From positions 18,149,700 through 18,213,699 of the forward strand of contig OZ037768.1 of assembly GCA_964035545.1 (NCBI GenBank): DNA of 64,000 nt, in the 5' to 3' direction. Shown one piece after another: positions 1-12,100 of this stretch. The position numbers and the translations under genes are program-made. Source of the stretch: Bugula neritina (Eukaryota > Animalia > Bryozoa). Position 1 is the first letter of the stretch. Each line of letters begins with the position of its first letter. Under the pieces are notes generated by a model. The model made no database searches. It saw only the letters and a list, made by a program, of their open reading frames with translations, and had not been told where the DNA came from.

Positions 1-276
1 AATTAATTTTAAAAAAATGGCATCTTTTAGGTGTGTTAAGTTAATTGCTACAAAATTGCTTACAGTTTATAGAAATTATAAAACAGTTTTGCTGACACTT
101 TATTTTGGCTCACTTTCTGCACTCTTTCAGCATTTCTTTCTCACCAGTTTGGTTCTGAAATTATTTGGCTGTAAAAATTGCTGACTCAGCATATATAGTT
201 GACGAAATTATTCTTTGATACTTGGTATAGATTAGTTTTACAGCTATAATCACAATGGTTGTTTGATGTTTTTTAG

Positions 277-2324
277 GGTTTAGACAATATAAAAGCTGTG
301 GTTGACGAGTCTTTAATAGATTCGACTCATGGTCATGGCGGGTAAGTAGATACCATATTACAGCAGATCTGTAGTAGTCACTTGATTTCTTTCTCATATG
401 CTGTAAGTGAGGCAGCTGTGAGTACTGCATGTGTAGCAGACTTATTCGCTTACCTGTTTCTTCTACTTGACAGGCAGTGTTTGGTTAATTTGTTGCTGAC
501 CGGAGAGGCTACAGCCCATGTGTTTGATGGTGAAAAGGATGCAGGGGGACTCAGTAAGTGTGCACCTTCTCTGTCTGTAGATTTGGTTGTTGTATAGATA
601 TTTTGTACAATGGTCACAAACCTTTACGTAAAACAACACTCTATGAAATCATGAAAATGTTTCTTACGTCTACTTTAGTCTATTATTGCTTAATGTAGGT
701 AGACTACACGTACTTTGTCACACATAAATCTTTGTGTAAAATGAAACTCCAACTTTTCGTTCCTCACTCTCCACATGCTAATTGCATGAGGTTGTTGAGA
801 CTATATAACAACTAGCTACAATGTTTCCATTTCGATTGCATATCACAGATCCCGGATTTTGAAACGAATCAAGTGGTAACCTCTATCTATTTGTAGAGCT
901 CATGGGAGTATCAACTCAATCTCAGATTGGCTTTTTAACTTTGATGGAATCTCACAGATATATCGAGGTGAGAGCTGTAATATGTTGAGCAAACTTTGGT
1001 TAAATCTGAGCCAAGTATCTGTAAAGCATAGCATGTGTTACTTTGATGAAGTATAATGTGCTGTTGATCATTCTACAGGTTGGGTGGCACTTGAAGAGCC
1101 CCCTTTATCCCATATGGATTATAGGTAGCGAGACTCATCTCACTGTTCTATTCTCACAGGTGATCTACTCATTCAGATTATTACACCTCTACAGGCATTT
1201 AATTTCATATCTTGTATGTGGTAGATCCTAGAAATGTTTTATATTTGAATTGTTATGTTATGCAGTTATTACTAGAGAGAAAATCTATATTATTTCATAT
1301 ACTATATAAATTGATTTTATGTAATTGGTTATTGTTGCAGGATAAAGAAGCTGTGTCGGAAGATAAAAAGGCAGCTATAATGAAGGTAGTGAACAGCTAT
1401 GATACAGAGGGGAATGGATTTATAAACTCGGCATACCTTTCTGATCTCATGTCTTCCTTAAATCTTTTATCAGAACCTGAGGAATAGTGAGTGAATACAA
1501 CTCATTCGACAATCAGATGTTTGTTTAAAATATTACATCTATATAAATTTATTTGTCTTACGGGTGTTAGCCAGGACTATGTTTTTTATTTTGTAGTGTT
1601 GACATTATAAAGAACAAGCTCGACTCGGAAGGTTTAGGAATTATTTTAGTGAGCTCATTCATGGAAGAGTTTTTTCCAAGAGACCAGAATGACAATGATG
1701 AACCCAAAACATTTTATTTGTATCATTACAATGGAATAAAAAGATCAAATAATTCTAACAAGGTAACATATTTATTGAACTTGTAATTGATATAGTTTTT
1801 AGCTGCTAGCATTCTTACAGTCTTGTTTTCTTGTCATTTTTAAAGCCGAAATTTTCATATTGACATTTTCCTCACATTACGGTATGGCTGTATTCATATT
1901 TTCTTAAATACTCAGCAGCTTTTCTTGTCACAAATTTGCTTACTTTTGTGCAATATAAAATGGAACATTCCCTGCGTCTCCATGCTTAGCATTATGTGAA
2001 TAGATTTTTCATTCCATACATGGAGACAGTGTCAATCGAATGAAATGTGGGATTTTCTTTTATATGTATTCATCAAATGGATTCGTAAGGGATGCTCGTA
2101 AGTATCCATTCGATGCTGTAGTGATTAGCAAATACAGTAATCATTATTAAAGTAATACATTATTGTCTTTACAGATTGAATATCATAGAGCTAAAGCTAC
2201 ACTGAGAGACTTCCTAGAGCCAACTGTTATTACTGACTCCAGCTCTATATTAAAATGTCTCCAAACCAAGTGGCCCACCATAGAACTGCAATGGGACAAT
2301 GAGATAGTTCCATCCGTCAATTGA
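277..2324 (+). CDS. MINDY3: MINDY3 (FAM188A) K48 deubiquitinase, 3' exons only (gene starts upstream of the window)
   Basis: Phase-consistent GT-AG exons 277-341, 474-553, 897-967, 1079-1159, 1341-1486, 1597-1762, 2175-2324(TGA). Peptides LIDSTHGHGGQCLVNLLLTGEA, IGFLTLMESHRYIEVGWHLKSPLYPIWIIGSETHLTV (catalytic His region), EF-hand-like YDTEGNGFI, FYLYHYNG and C-terminal KCLQTKWPTIELQW match MINDY3 as I recall it. Confidence 0.93.
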
Positions 2325-2947
2325 TTGTCAAGCTTTAGTATTATTCGAAATACTATTTAATTTTTTTTAGGGAAATTCAACATTAGATTTTACACTGATT
2401 AGTTGTTTTACTTTAAATGCTCTTTCTGTGCTTAAACGTTTGTTTTCCATGAGTTTTTCATATACTATATAAAATAGTTGTTATATGCTTCAACATCACG
2501 TTTGTGTAATGTTACTCATCTGTTATGCAGGTCTTGCTATCTATTGCCCTACTGATCTATTGCTATATCTTCACTGTATTTAGTATTTAAATTAAAGTCA
2601 ACGATCTTATTTAAACATAAAAAGATATGCAAATTAAAAATGCCTATATTGCTAGCCATGATTAGTATAACATTATTGTTGCTATAAATTTTTTATAAAA
2701 ATAAAAAGTACATACAACTTTATAAATTTCAAATATGTACATATTGACAACTTAATTAGATTTTTAACTAGGGCATTAAAAAGTGAATAATGAACTGATG
2801 AAAAATTAATTGACTTTACCAGCTTTCATCTGCTATTGTTTTCTCTTTTGATGGTTGCGAATTGAGTCTAGACTATTACTATATATAGAGTATGCTGATT
2901 TTAAGTCACGAAAACACAGGTCTGGATTTGAACAATTCAACTGCAGG

Positions 2948-5900
2948 CTAGTCGGCAGATGATGTGAACATCCATGTGTGCAACTGTCCTGTATCGGAAG
3001 TTGATAGTATACTTGGTGTACCACAATTCTTCCAACAATGTGTAGTAATAACAGGCATATCTCCACCTTCGACATCTGGCAAGTGTCCATCATGAGTGAA
3101 GCATGGTGTAGCTTCAATGTTGCTTTCTATTTTCGATATGTTATATATCCTAATCTTATTATCCTTTCCTGAAACCAAACAGCATAATATATACCTACTG
3201 ATATACATATATCTACGGTTATTTACATATCTACCGATTTATTGTATATATCTACTGTTTTACATATGACAACTGATGACGGCAAGAAATAGAATCACCA
3301 GATGCTTAGATATGCTAGGAATATGTGCAGCAGTTTGTATTGAATGGTACGAGAGACTTTGAAGGCTGTTGGCTTTCGGCTGGGCCAGGTCAAGCAGATC
3401 CTGCAAAATCCTACATGTTTCTAACTACATCATATTAACTACATTACCTGATAGAGAATATAACAAAAACAACACTCTCACTACGTTTTCATGCTTCGCA
3501 TTATGCGAATGAACTTTTCCAAATAGTTGCATCAAATGAAATCACAACCAAAAATTCATCTGCACAAGCATTCATCAGAATATTGCGACGCAATGGAAAT
3601 ACAGTGTATATTTATTCATTGCAAGTAGAGCTATACCTGATATAGATAACCAATCACTGAAACTCTGACATATGAAGTTGTTGAGTGATTTCCGGCGGGT
3701 CCAAAGTGATGATGTTAGAGTTGTCTGCACTCGCTCTTTCAGTGAATATCGAATGTCGTATATGTACAACTGATTGTTATCGTTGGCTAGCAAGAGCTCA
3801 TTAGTACCTTTACCACATGCCGACCAAAATTTACTCTGAAAACATAGAAATATAATTATTTACTATTGTAATAAATTACTTTGGTTAAGCCATTTATTAG
3901 ATATTAGCACGTGTCATATAATACATCATACTCTATGTTGAGTGTTTAAAAAATGCTACAGAAAATTTCTAACAGCAAAAATTCCGCATTGTTACCTTAA
4001 GTAACAATTATTATAAAATTAAAAGCCTTAGTAACTATAGTTTGAATATCACGTTGTAAATAGTATTGGAGAGTTATTACAAGATGAAGTATATATCTAT
4101 ATACAATAAAATCAACATGGGACACCTGGTCAGTGGATGGTGCAGCTAACATGGAAGACTGAGATTGTCTTGTATCAAGTGTATAGAGTGAGCCAGTTCT
4201 AGCCCCACAAACAACCAGCAGGTTCTCTCCAGAGCAGATGATAGCAGACGTAATATCTGCCTGCTTAGAGTCAGAGGCTAATGATGAAAATAAACAAATA
4301 CATGTATTATTGTAATCTGTAAAATTATTAATTATTTGCTGAGGCAGAGTTCTTGGATTTCAAATGATACTATTAATAGGAATACTGATACAACATACTA
4401 TGAGAGCCAATGGTCTGCTGAGTTGAGACATCACACCAACAAGTGTTAGCCAGTGTGTCCGAACCCACAAGTAACGAATCACCAACCAGGCTAATAACTG
4501 GCATCAGCTGTGACTCTTCAAACAACTTGAAAGTGAATAGCTAAAACACAACACAATTAAATCTTAAACTTTTATTTTAATCAATTTAAAAAAATTCCTA
4601 TTTGAACAAGTGAGCATAAATTGTAATGCAGTATATATTATGCTGTTCATGCTGTATATATAAGCAGTTTCTCATTAACGCTGTTCACAAAATAACAAAA
4701 CTTTAGATTGGTCGAATATTTAAAAACCAACAAATTTTAACATTTATTTGTAAAAAACTGCTACAATTACTATATAGTATATATACAACATATAAATATA
4801 TAATTTAATACAAATAACTAAATTTAATAGCAGAAATATTGTTTGTTCCTCTGCAATTATCAAAGGCAGTGAAGACTATGCAACTACAGCGTGTAATGTA
4901 CATAGCCAGTTCTGTGAGGCCTTAAGATTTACAAACAACCTTATTGTAAGGCTCACACTAATTTGACTGAAATATTTTCAGTGTGCAATAAGCAATCCAA
5001 AAAGAAAAAATTACCAGAGGTATGGTAGCTATTGACGAATCATTTAGCATCTCAGGAAGTGTGTGGAGAAATATAGAACTGGATCCAAACTCTGTTCTTG
5101 CTATTAAATTTTTGTTCTAAAAAAAATTACAACTCAAATTCAACAAGTTATCCATAGAAATTGAAAGCTTTATTCCGCTAAACATATTATTGGATAATGG
5201 TGCATGCAGACGTATAAAATTGAGAGCTTTATTTCACTAAACATACTTGGGGAATGTTAAATGCAGACAAGAAAAGGTGAAGCTACATATTGAGAAAAAG
5301 TAGTCTCTAATGGCAACATGAATGGAACACATTTGAAGAAAAATTACCTTAAATGACATAGGTGAAGAAACGACACTATTGCAAGAGCTGTTACTTGGTG
5401 CAGCAGCTATAATGGAAATCTCTCGGTCTTTTGAAAGAATATCCGCTTCATCATCAACAACTCTCTCAGGCAGTTTGTAAAGTAATAATTCATTGTTAGA
5501 TAGTTCGGAGGTACCAAGTAAAATATCTAAAATAAAATATAATAAGTTATATAAAAACACCACAAGTATGACATATGTTGTACAGAACTTCAACTGACAT
5601 ATGTGAAGTAAAACTTTAAAAATGATATACCACAATTATATGTTTAGTTCAACTTGTACTGTTGCAAATCTTTAGAAAGCAACAAGAAGTAGTTCATGAA
5701 TAATCAGAAAAGTACATTTAATGGAGAGAGCTGTACTGTACATGAAAAGGCAGTAGTAGACTAATGTATACCAGAAAATATATTCATGTTTACAAAATGG
5801 CCATCTTGGAGGTAACCACAATTGTGGAAAAACTAAAACCAACACGATAATGAAACAAAGCTAAATTAGGTTAACATGGCAACTTTTACAGCACACTGTT

Positions 5901-6133
5901 ACACGTAGTGTGGTGATAGTGTAGATACAAAAACGATAAAGACCTGCAGCTTGGCACTAACATTGGTTCTCAGATCCACACCATTGAGCAGATTTGATAG
6001 ATTTATCTGTTTCATACATGCTAACATGCTGATATCTCTTTGTAGAACTAAACAGCCAGTCGTCGTAATAGCAGGCTTCATGCGAAACCTCAGAGAAAGT
6101 TAAAAACTCTTCTTTAGGAAGAACCTCAGCCAT
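2948..6133 (-). CDS. WDR73: WD repeat-containing protein 73
   Basis: Minus-strand exons 6133-5962, 5526-5348, 5116-5015, 4540-4399, 4277-4126, 3835-3637, 3168-2948(TAG), phases consistent. Motifs DDWLFSSTKRYQ, NELLLYKLP, GSLYTLDTRQ and PCFTHDGH...VITTHCW...LSTSDTGQLHTW parallel human WDR73 (DDWLVESLRLYQ, NEILHLKLP, LGLVDTRQ, PLFTHRGH...VTTHTW). An acceptor near 6165 implies an upstream non-coding exon. Confidence 0.88.
3479..3606. mobile_element. short degenerate MITE with CACT(A/G) termini in a WDR73 intron
   Basis: CACTACGTTTTCAT...ATGGAAATACAGTG imperfect TIRs. Shares TCGCATTATGCGAATG with the element at 22019-22767. Confidence 0.55.
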
Positions 6134-6460
6134 ACTGAACAACTTTATAATTATCGCAGGCTTTCTAAAAAAGAAAAAACAAAAAAGAGTTAAGGTAAGT
6201 ATCACAAAATATTACTTGATATATTTGTTTTAAAATTGTTGGATCAGTTTTTAAATTATACTATGTTTTTTTAGGAACCCTTCAAGAAAAGATTGCCGGT
6301 ATGTACTGGTTTGAGTTAAAAATGTTAAATAAAAATGTTAGTTTCTAATTATATATCTTTGCATACGATTTATATGAAAAAATGATGCATTTAAAGTTCA
6401 TATGTAAAATTATTATTCGGTGTAGTAATACGAATAGTCTGTTCTGCATAGTTAGGACCC

Positions 6461-6644
6461 ATATCTGCATGAGCATTGTTTACATATCTGCATGAGCAGT
6501 ATTTACATATCTGCAGGAGCATTATTTACATATCTGCATGAGCAGTATTTACATATCTGCAGGAGCATTATTTACATATCTGCATGAGCATTGTTTACAT
6601 ATCTGCACGAGCATTATTCATATATCTGCATGAGCATTATTCAT
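6461..6644. repeat. minisatellite, 8 x 23 bp (ATATCTGCATGAGCATTATTTAC)
   Basis: Eight contiguous units with 1-3 substitutions each and no spacers. Confidence 0.95.
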
Positions 6645-6654
6645 AATAATTATC

Positions 6655-7059
6655 AGTATCACTATTAGTATTACTATAAATTTGGATTCATACTATAACT
6701 ATAAGTATAACTAGTAATAACTACTGACTATTACTGTATTAGTATTAATACTATTACTAATAGTAATAGACAATAGTATTACTAATAGTAATACTAATAG
6801 AGTAAATGTAGTACTAATACTTACAGATATACTAATAGAGTAATAGTAATACTAATACTGATAACATTATTATTAATATTATCACATTTACTATAAGTAG
6901 TTTGAATAACATTTTAATTTACTATTAGTATTACTATTACTGACTTTTACTGAGTATTACTATTGGTATTACTATTGGAATTACTATTAGTATAACATTA
7001 ACTAGAAGTTTTAGTATTACTATTAGTATAAGTATTACTATTAGTATTAGTATTACTAT
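6655..7059. repeat. low-complexity TATTAC/TAGTAT tract; continues at 15015-15380 beyond the Gypsy insertion
   Basis: Degenerate hexamer repeats in both orientations. Similar tracts at about 16040-16400, 19185-19280 and 30090-30460. Confidence 0.85.
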
Positions 7060-7445
7060 TGTGATAGTTTTGTGGGTTGTGAATGAAACTAGTGCTTTAC
7101 ATGCTTGTTATGAGAAACAAGGCGAGAAATAAGGTAGAAGGTAGATAGCTTTATTGTAGTCCGAGTGAATCAATGGTCTTTATCCAGCGAGCTCCAGTAG
7201 TAGACTGAACTATACTGGAACTCGCTGGCTTTTATATACATGCAGGACAAAGACATTCCTTTGTTTGCCGAGATCGGAGGCCCGAAATGCCGAATATCGG
7301 CACTTCGGGAATCCGAAATGCCGAATCCGGCATTTCGGCACTTCGGTATTCCGATATGCCGAGAATCGGCATATCGGTGTTTCGGAGGACCGAAGTGCCG
7401 ATCTCGGCAACAAAGGACACACACACACAACATAAATTTACCACA
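7060..7445 (-). repeat. 3' LTR (386 bp)
   Basis: Sense TGTGGTAAA...CTATCACA; AATAAA at 7150-7155. Differs from the 5' LTR by one C/T and one AC unit. Confidence 0.97.
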
Positions 7446-7455
7446 CACACCCCCC
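7446..7455 (-). other. polypurine tract (GGGGGGTGTG)
   Basis: G-rich tract abutting the start of the 3' LTR on the element's sense strand. Confidence 0.8.
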
Positions 7456-7746
7456 ATCGGAAAGCATGCTTTCCGATAAAGAGGCGTAAACAACAACAAA
7501 CACACAACAGGAAAAGACACGACAATAAAACACATAGTCGATAAGTAACACACAAAAAAAACAAATACGGTAAACATGTAGTGACATTAATAATACAATG
7601 ATAGAAAAAAAACAGGGGAAATTATGCACACACAAGAAAACAGAGCATGAATAGGCACATACATTACATGAAGAACTTACACACATATATATATATAAAA
7701 AAAACAAGGAAATAAGAATAGGAAAGAAAATACTAAACAAATAGTC

Positions 7747-8535
7747 TCAGCGGCGGTCTCCAGATCGGCCCCGCTCCAGGCGGCTAACACGTCTCCTGAG
7801 TTGCCCCAGCTCCTCCTCATACCTGCGGAGCTGCCGACGTAGATGCTGTACCTCCTCTGCCAACTGGGCCGACGTCTGGTGTCTGGGACGGTCGGTGGTA
7901 GGACGTCGCTGGCGGTGCGTCTGCTTCTCGCCCGCCGCCGAGGGCCGGGGGCCTAGGTCCGATGAATCGGTCCTGGCGCCTGGTCCGACCCGTGCCAGTA
8001 TGACCCGAAGTGGCTGGGTGGCTGCCGGTTGGGGTGTCGCGGCGGGCTCCCCTTCTTCTTCCCGAACAGGTTTACACGCGGGGAATCCCAGGGCGAGAGC
8101 AGCCCGTTTATGGGGATCCGCCACGTGTGGCAGCACCAGGTCCCGAAAGTCGGGAAAGGAGGCCTGGTCTACAGCAAACGTGTAGCCCGTGTGACAGTGA
8201 GCTATGCGTTGATGCCTCAACACATAGTCTCTCTGGTAGGAGAATTCCCCACACGGGCAAAACACGTTGATGTAGTGCTGTGGGGCGTGTACACGCAACC
8301 GCCGTGCAGAGGAGAACTTCCTCTTACACTCATGGCAGATGCGGTTGCCCGGCTCACCGCAAGCTTCACCAATCTTAAGATTGGTGGGTCCAGTCACCCA
8401 ATACTGGCGGGCGACCAGGGCCCGAGGCAGAGCCAGTATTGAGGAGTTATCTTCTTCTGCTGGCAGGTGGTCGCCGTGTAGGATGCCCTGCTCCTCCCCG
8501 GCCGTGAGCTGGAGCTCGACCGGTTTGCGGAACAC
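7747..8535 (-). CDS. retrotransposon accessory ORF3b: two C2H2 zinc fingers plus C-terminal coiled coil
   Basis: CHECKRKFSSARRLRVHAPQH fits C-x2-C-x3-F-x5-L-x2-H-x3-H; second finger CPCGEFSYQRDYVLRHQRIAH (fingers at 8337-8197). Heptads LAEEVQH LRRQLRR YEEELGQ LRRRVSR LE. Frame open from about 8622 with no ATG of its own. Confidence 0.85.
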   Translation of the reverse strand: MFRKPVELQLTAGEEQGILHGDHLPAEEDNSSILALPRALVARQYWVTGPTNLKIGEACGEPGNRICHECKRKFSSARRLRVHAPQHYINVFCPCGEFSYQRDYVLRHQRIAHCHTGYTFAVDQASFPDFRDLVLPHVADPHKRAALALGFPACKPVREEEGEPAATPQPAATQPLRVILARVGPGARTDSSDLGPRPSAAGEKQTHRQRRPTTDRPRHQTSAQLAEEVQHLRRQLRRYEEELGQLRRRVSRLERGRSGDRR

Positions 8536-9119
8536 ACCTCTGTGGAGGAGGTGGCGGCCTGCTGGCTGGTAGAAGCCGAAGCAAGGGCCGGTGGGAGGGG
8601 GGAGTCGGACCGACTGGCCTCCTCAATGTCCATACGCTCCTCTAGAATAGATAGTAGAGGCTGTGATAAGCCGGTCTCACTATCGCCGAAATTTGGCACA
8701 GGTGTGTATGGAGTTAAATTAAAAACAGAGGGCCGAGGTGTATCGCAGAAATTGACTGAGCCTACGTCGTGATTTAACAAAGTATCAATGGCAGAGTCAT
8801 CTCCAAGATCCATCTCGGCCTCCGGTTCTAAGAAATCAGAACCAAGTAAGTCTAGTAAAGACCAGTCTACTTTAGTTTGACTAGACTCCGCAACTGGAGG
8901 ATCTAATCTAGAAGAAATACCTGATTGCGTGTCTGGTAAAGTAATTCCCATAGCTGCTGATAGCGTTTGGAGAACAGTATTAAAATCAAAATGAGTATTA
9001 GAATCAGAATTTAGCTTGAGCTGTAACTGCCATGCGAGCTGTGTGAAATCAGAATGAGAAATGGCCGTACCTCGTGCTTCAGAAGTATTACCTGCTGAAG
9101 CCCGAGTTGCGTGGCTCAT
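8394..9119 (-). CDS. retrotransposon accessory ORF3a: acidic, Ser/Pro-rich; probably the N-terminal half of a frameshifted ORF3
   Basis: ATG at 9119 overlaps the pol-tail TGA (ATGA); alternative ATG at 9188. Acidic-hydrophobic tract DWSLLDLLGSDFLEPEAEMDLGDDSAIDTLL. Overlaps ORF3b in the -1 frame. Confidence 0.65.
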   Translation of the reverse strand: MSHATRASAGNTSEARGTAISHSDFTQLAWQLQLKLNSDSNTHFDFNTVLQTLSAAMGITLPDTQSGISSRLDPPVAESSQTKVDWSLLDLLGSDFLEPEAEMDLGDDSAIDTLLNHDVGSVNFCDTPRPSVFNLTPYTPVPNFGDSETGLSQPLLSILEERMDIEEASRSDSPLPPALASASTSQQAATSSTEVCSANRSSSSSRPGRSRASYTATTCQQKKITPQYWLCLGPWSPASIG

Positions 9120-12100
9120 GGGAATTTCCCCCGGATTTCGAAAAGACAACTCGTGTGATCGAGTGTCTTCCGAAATTCGGTCGGCCATTTCATCTTCCTG
9201 GTGGAATTCTCCGGGGTGATGGAGGGAATTTCCAACCAAGATGGGGTGGTAGTCAGTGCGGGGGGGTCGTCCTCAGGAGGGGGCCGCTCCAGGTGCCCTA
9301 CAGCATAGTCTGCCAGGTATCTGGGGGGTCTTCTTGACCGCTGGCTCCTCTCAAGTGAAACAGGCACTGGTGGTGTTGGTGGCTCCTGGGCTGCCCTAGT
9401 AGGGGGGTCCCCGTCTACCCCGTACGGGGGTGGGGGTGTCCTCCCCCAAGAAGGGTGGTGGTTCAAGGGCTTGCCGCTGTTCCTGCTCTCGCTCCGCTCT
9501 CTGCTGCCGCTCCAGCTGCTCTATCAAGGAGGCCTGCTCTTGGTCCGTCTCCCTGGGGACCGTAATTTCCACCTCTCGGGGCTGGGTGGCCCGTCCTCGA
9601 CGGTTGGGCTGACGGTGGGGCTCCAGGAGGGGTGGAGCCTGGCCCACCGCGTCTGGACTGGCATGGTAAGGTTTGAGGCGCTGCTCGCTCTGGACGGAGA
9701 TCTGTTCAGAGCGCTCCACACGGTACGTGTGGTTGGGCAGCACCTCCACTACGCAGTAGGGACCGACGAACTTGGGCTGAAGCTTAGCCGACTGTCCGCA
9801 TCGCCTACGGTAGCTCACCATCCAGACCCAGTCTCCCACCTGGTACAACGGGGGCTCCTCGGAGTCCTCTGTGCGGGTCTGCCACTGCTGGGTGCGCAGC
9901 GCATCATGAGCTTTGCCCATGATGTCCATCAGACCCTCCACATATTCGTGTACCGGTGACTCGGGGGCAGGAACATGGTACGTCAGGTGTTCCGGGACCC
10001 GCGTCTCTCGGCCTAGCATCAGGAAGTTTGGGGTCTCCTGCGTGGCGGAGTGTGGTGTGCTGCGGTAAGCCCGCATGATCTGCGGCAGCACCACGTCCCA
10101 TTCTTCCTGACCGCGACCAAGGAGCAGGCTCCGGAGCGCGTCACCCAACATCCTGTTGTTCCGCTCAACGACTCTGTTCCTTTGCGGGTGATATGGGGTG
10201 GTCCGACTCTGGTTCACCCCCCATATCCGGCAGAGGTCTCCCATGAGCTGGGACTGGAACTGGGCGCCCTGGTCCGTATGTATCTGCTCGGGCAAACCGA
10301 GGTAACAGAACACATGTTGGTCCAGGGTCCGGGCCACCGTGGGGGCGGTTGCGTCTGGAATAGCCAGAGCATCCGCCCACCGGGTAAAGTGGTCCGTGAG
10401 CACCAGTATCCAGGTGTTCCCTCTGGCGGATAACGGCATAGGCCCGACGAGGTCTACCGCCACTACTTGCCACGGTCAACCAGCGTACAGCCGGCGTCGA
10501 CCAGTGGTTTCCGTGGGGCGGCCATGCTTGCTAGCTTGGCAGACCTCGCATTGCCGTACCCGCAGTCGTACGTCCCGAGTCATTCCGGGCCAATACCAAC
10601 GCAGCCGCAGACACCTGATGACCCGACTGACTCCAGCATGAGCCTGCTTATGGGTGTCCCAGATCAGTTCCCGCCGGAGGGCGCGTGGACAGACGACGCG
10701 GTCCCTCTCCTGCTGGCGGTTGTCTGCTGCTAACGTTATCATCAGGAGGCCATCAGGACTGACCTTGAGGGCATCCCAGCGACGACAGAGGAGTTGGAAC
10801 TCAACGTCTCCCTGCCGCTGCTGCTCCTCGCTAGGTCGTCGGCCCTCCTTCTTGGCCCGGAAGATGTCCGCTACCGCGCCGGGTAGCGTCTCCTGGAGTC
10901 GGCACAGTTCCTTGACGTTCTGGTGCAGAGTAGGGTTGGCGTGGAGTGCCTGGACACCGTCCTGGTGGGTTTCGGTCCGAAGATGGCCGTGCTCCCACTG
11001 GTAGGCGGCGCCCTCCACTAGCTCTGCCTCCACGTCAAGGCGAGCGGGTCCCCCGTCCCGCTGTTCAATGTGTAGGCATTGCTTACAGTCCTCTACCGGC
11101 CGGCGGCTCATGCCGTCGGCGTTCCCATGCTTCCGGCCTGCACGGTGCTCTATCCGGTAAGAGAACTCAGCAAGAATCTCCAGCCAACGAGCCACCTGGC
11201 TCGAGGGCTCTGCACGTTTACACAGCCATATTAGTGATGCATGGTCTGTTCGCAGACGGAACGATTTCCCATACAGATATGGCCGAAAGTGCTTGACCGC
11301 CTTGACTACCGCTAGGAGTTCCTTCCTAGTGGTGCAGTAGTTCTTCTCGGCGGCCGCGAGAGTCTTGCTGTAGTAAGCCACGATCACCTCACTTCCATCC
11401 TGGACTTGAGACAGGACGGCTCCCACGCTGTGGTCGCTGGCGTCGGTGTCCAGGATGTACTCCTTGGCTGGATCAGGATACGCCAGGATTGGCGCTTCCA
11501 TTAGCCGTTGCTTGAGGTGGTCGAATGCCTGCTGCTCCTCCTGTGTCCACTGCCACCGGACTCCCTTTGCGGTCAGCCGATTCAACGGCTGGGCCACTCC
11601 TGCGAACCCAGGTATGTACTGCCGGTAGTACCCTATTAGGCCCAGGAAGGCACGTAACTCAGGGAGGTCACGGGGGACAGTCCACTCCTTCACAGCTTGT
11701 ACCTTCTCTGGATCGGTAGCGACCCCATCACGGCCAACCACATGGCCCAGGTACGTGACTTCTGGCTGCAGGAGTGCACACTTGGAGGGCTTCAGCTTCA
11801 GTCCAGCTGCCCGGAGACGGTCAAAGACCTCCCGCAGACGACTGACATGAGTCGAGAAGTCTGGGGAGATGACAATGACATCGTCCAGATAGATGAGGAG
11901 GGTCTTCCAGTGTAACCCACTGAGGACTTGCTCCATGAGTCGTTGGAATGTTGCCGGAGCGGACGTTAGTCCGAATGGCAGTACTTTCCATTTCCAGAGC
12001 CCGTCGCGAGTAATGAATGCTGCTTTGTCCTGGGCATCAGGACTGAGGGGCACTTGCCAGTACCCGCTAAGCAGATCCAAAGTACTGAAGTACTTGCTAC

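Noticed and set aside
1485-1487. Apparent premature TAG in MINDY3
   Set aside because: TA|GTGAGT is a splice donor; joining to the next exon gives TAT (Tyr).
6461-6644. 23-bp repeat array as CRISPR
   Set aside because: Contiguous units with no unique spacers, in eukaryotic context: a minisatellite.
7170-7577. Multiple overlapping ORFs across the LTRs (also 14737-15095)
   Set aside because: By-products of the stop-poor palindromic GC array; no domain evidence.
7438-7740. Hydrophobic 100-aa ORF as an env or small fusogen candidate
   Set aside because: It comes from a T/G-rich low-complexity 3' UTR, has no initiating ATG and no recognisable domain. It is not excluded without sister copies, but it is unsupported.
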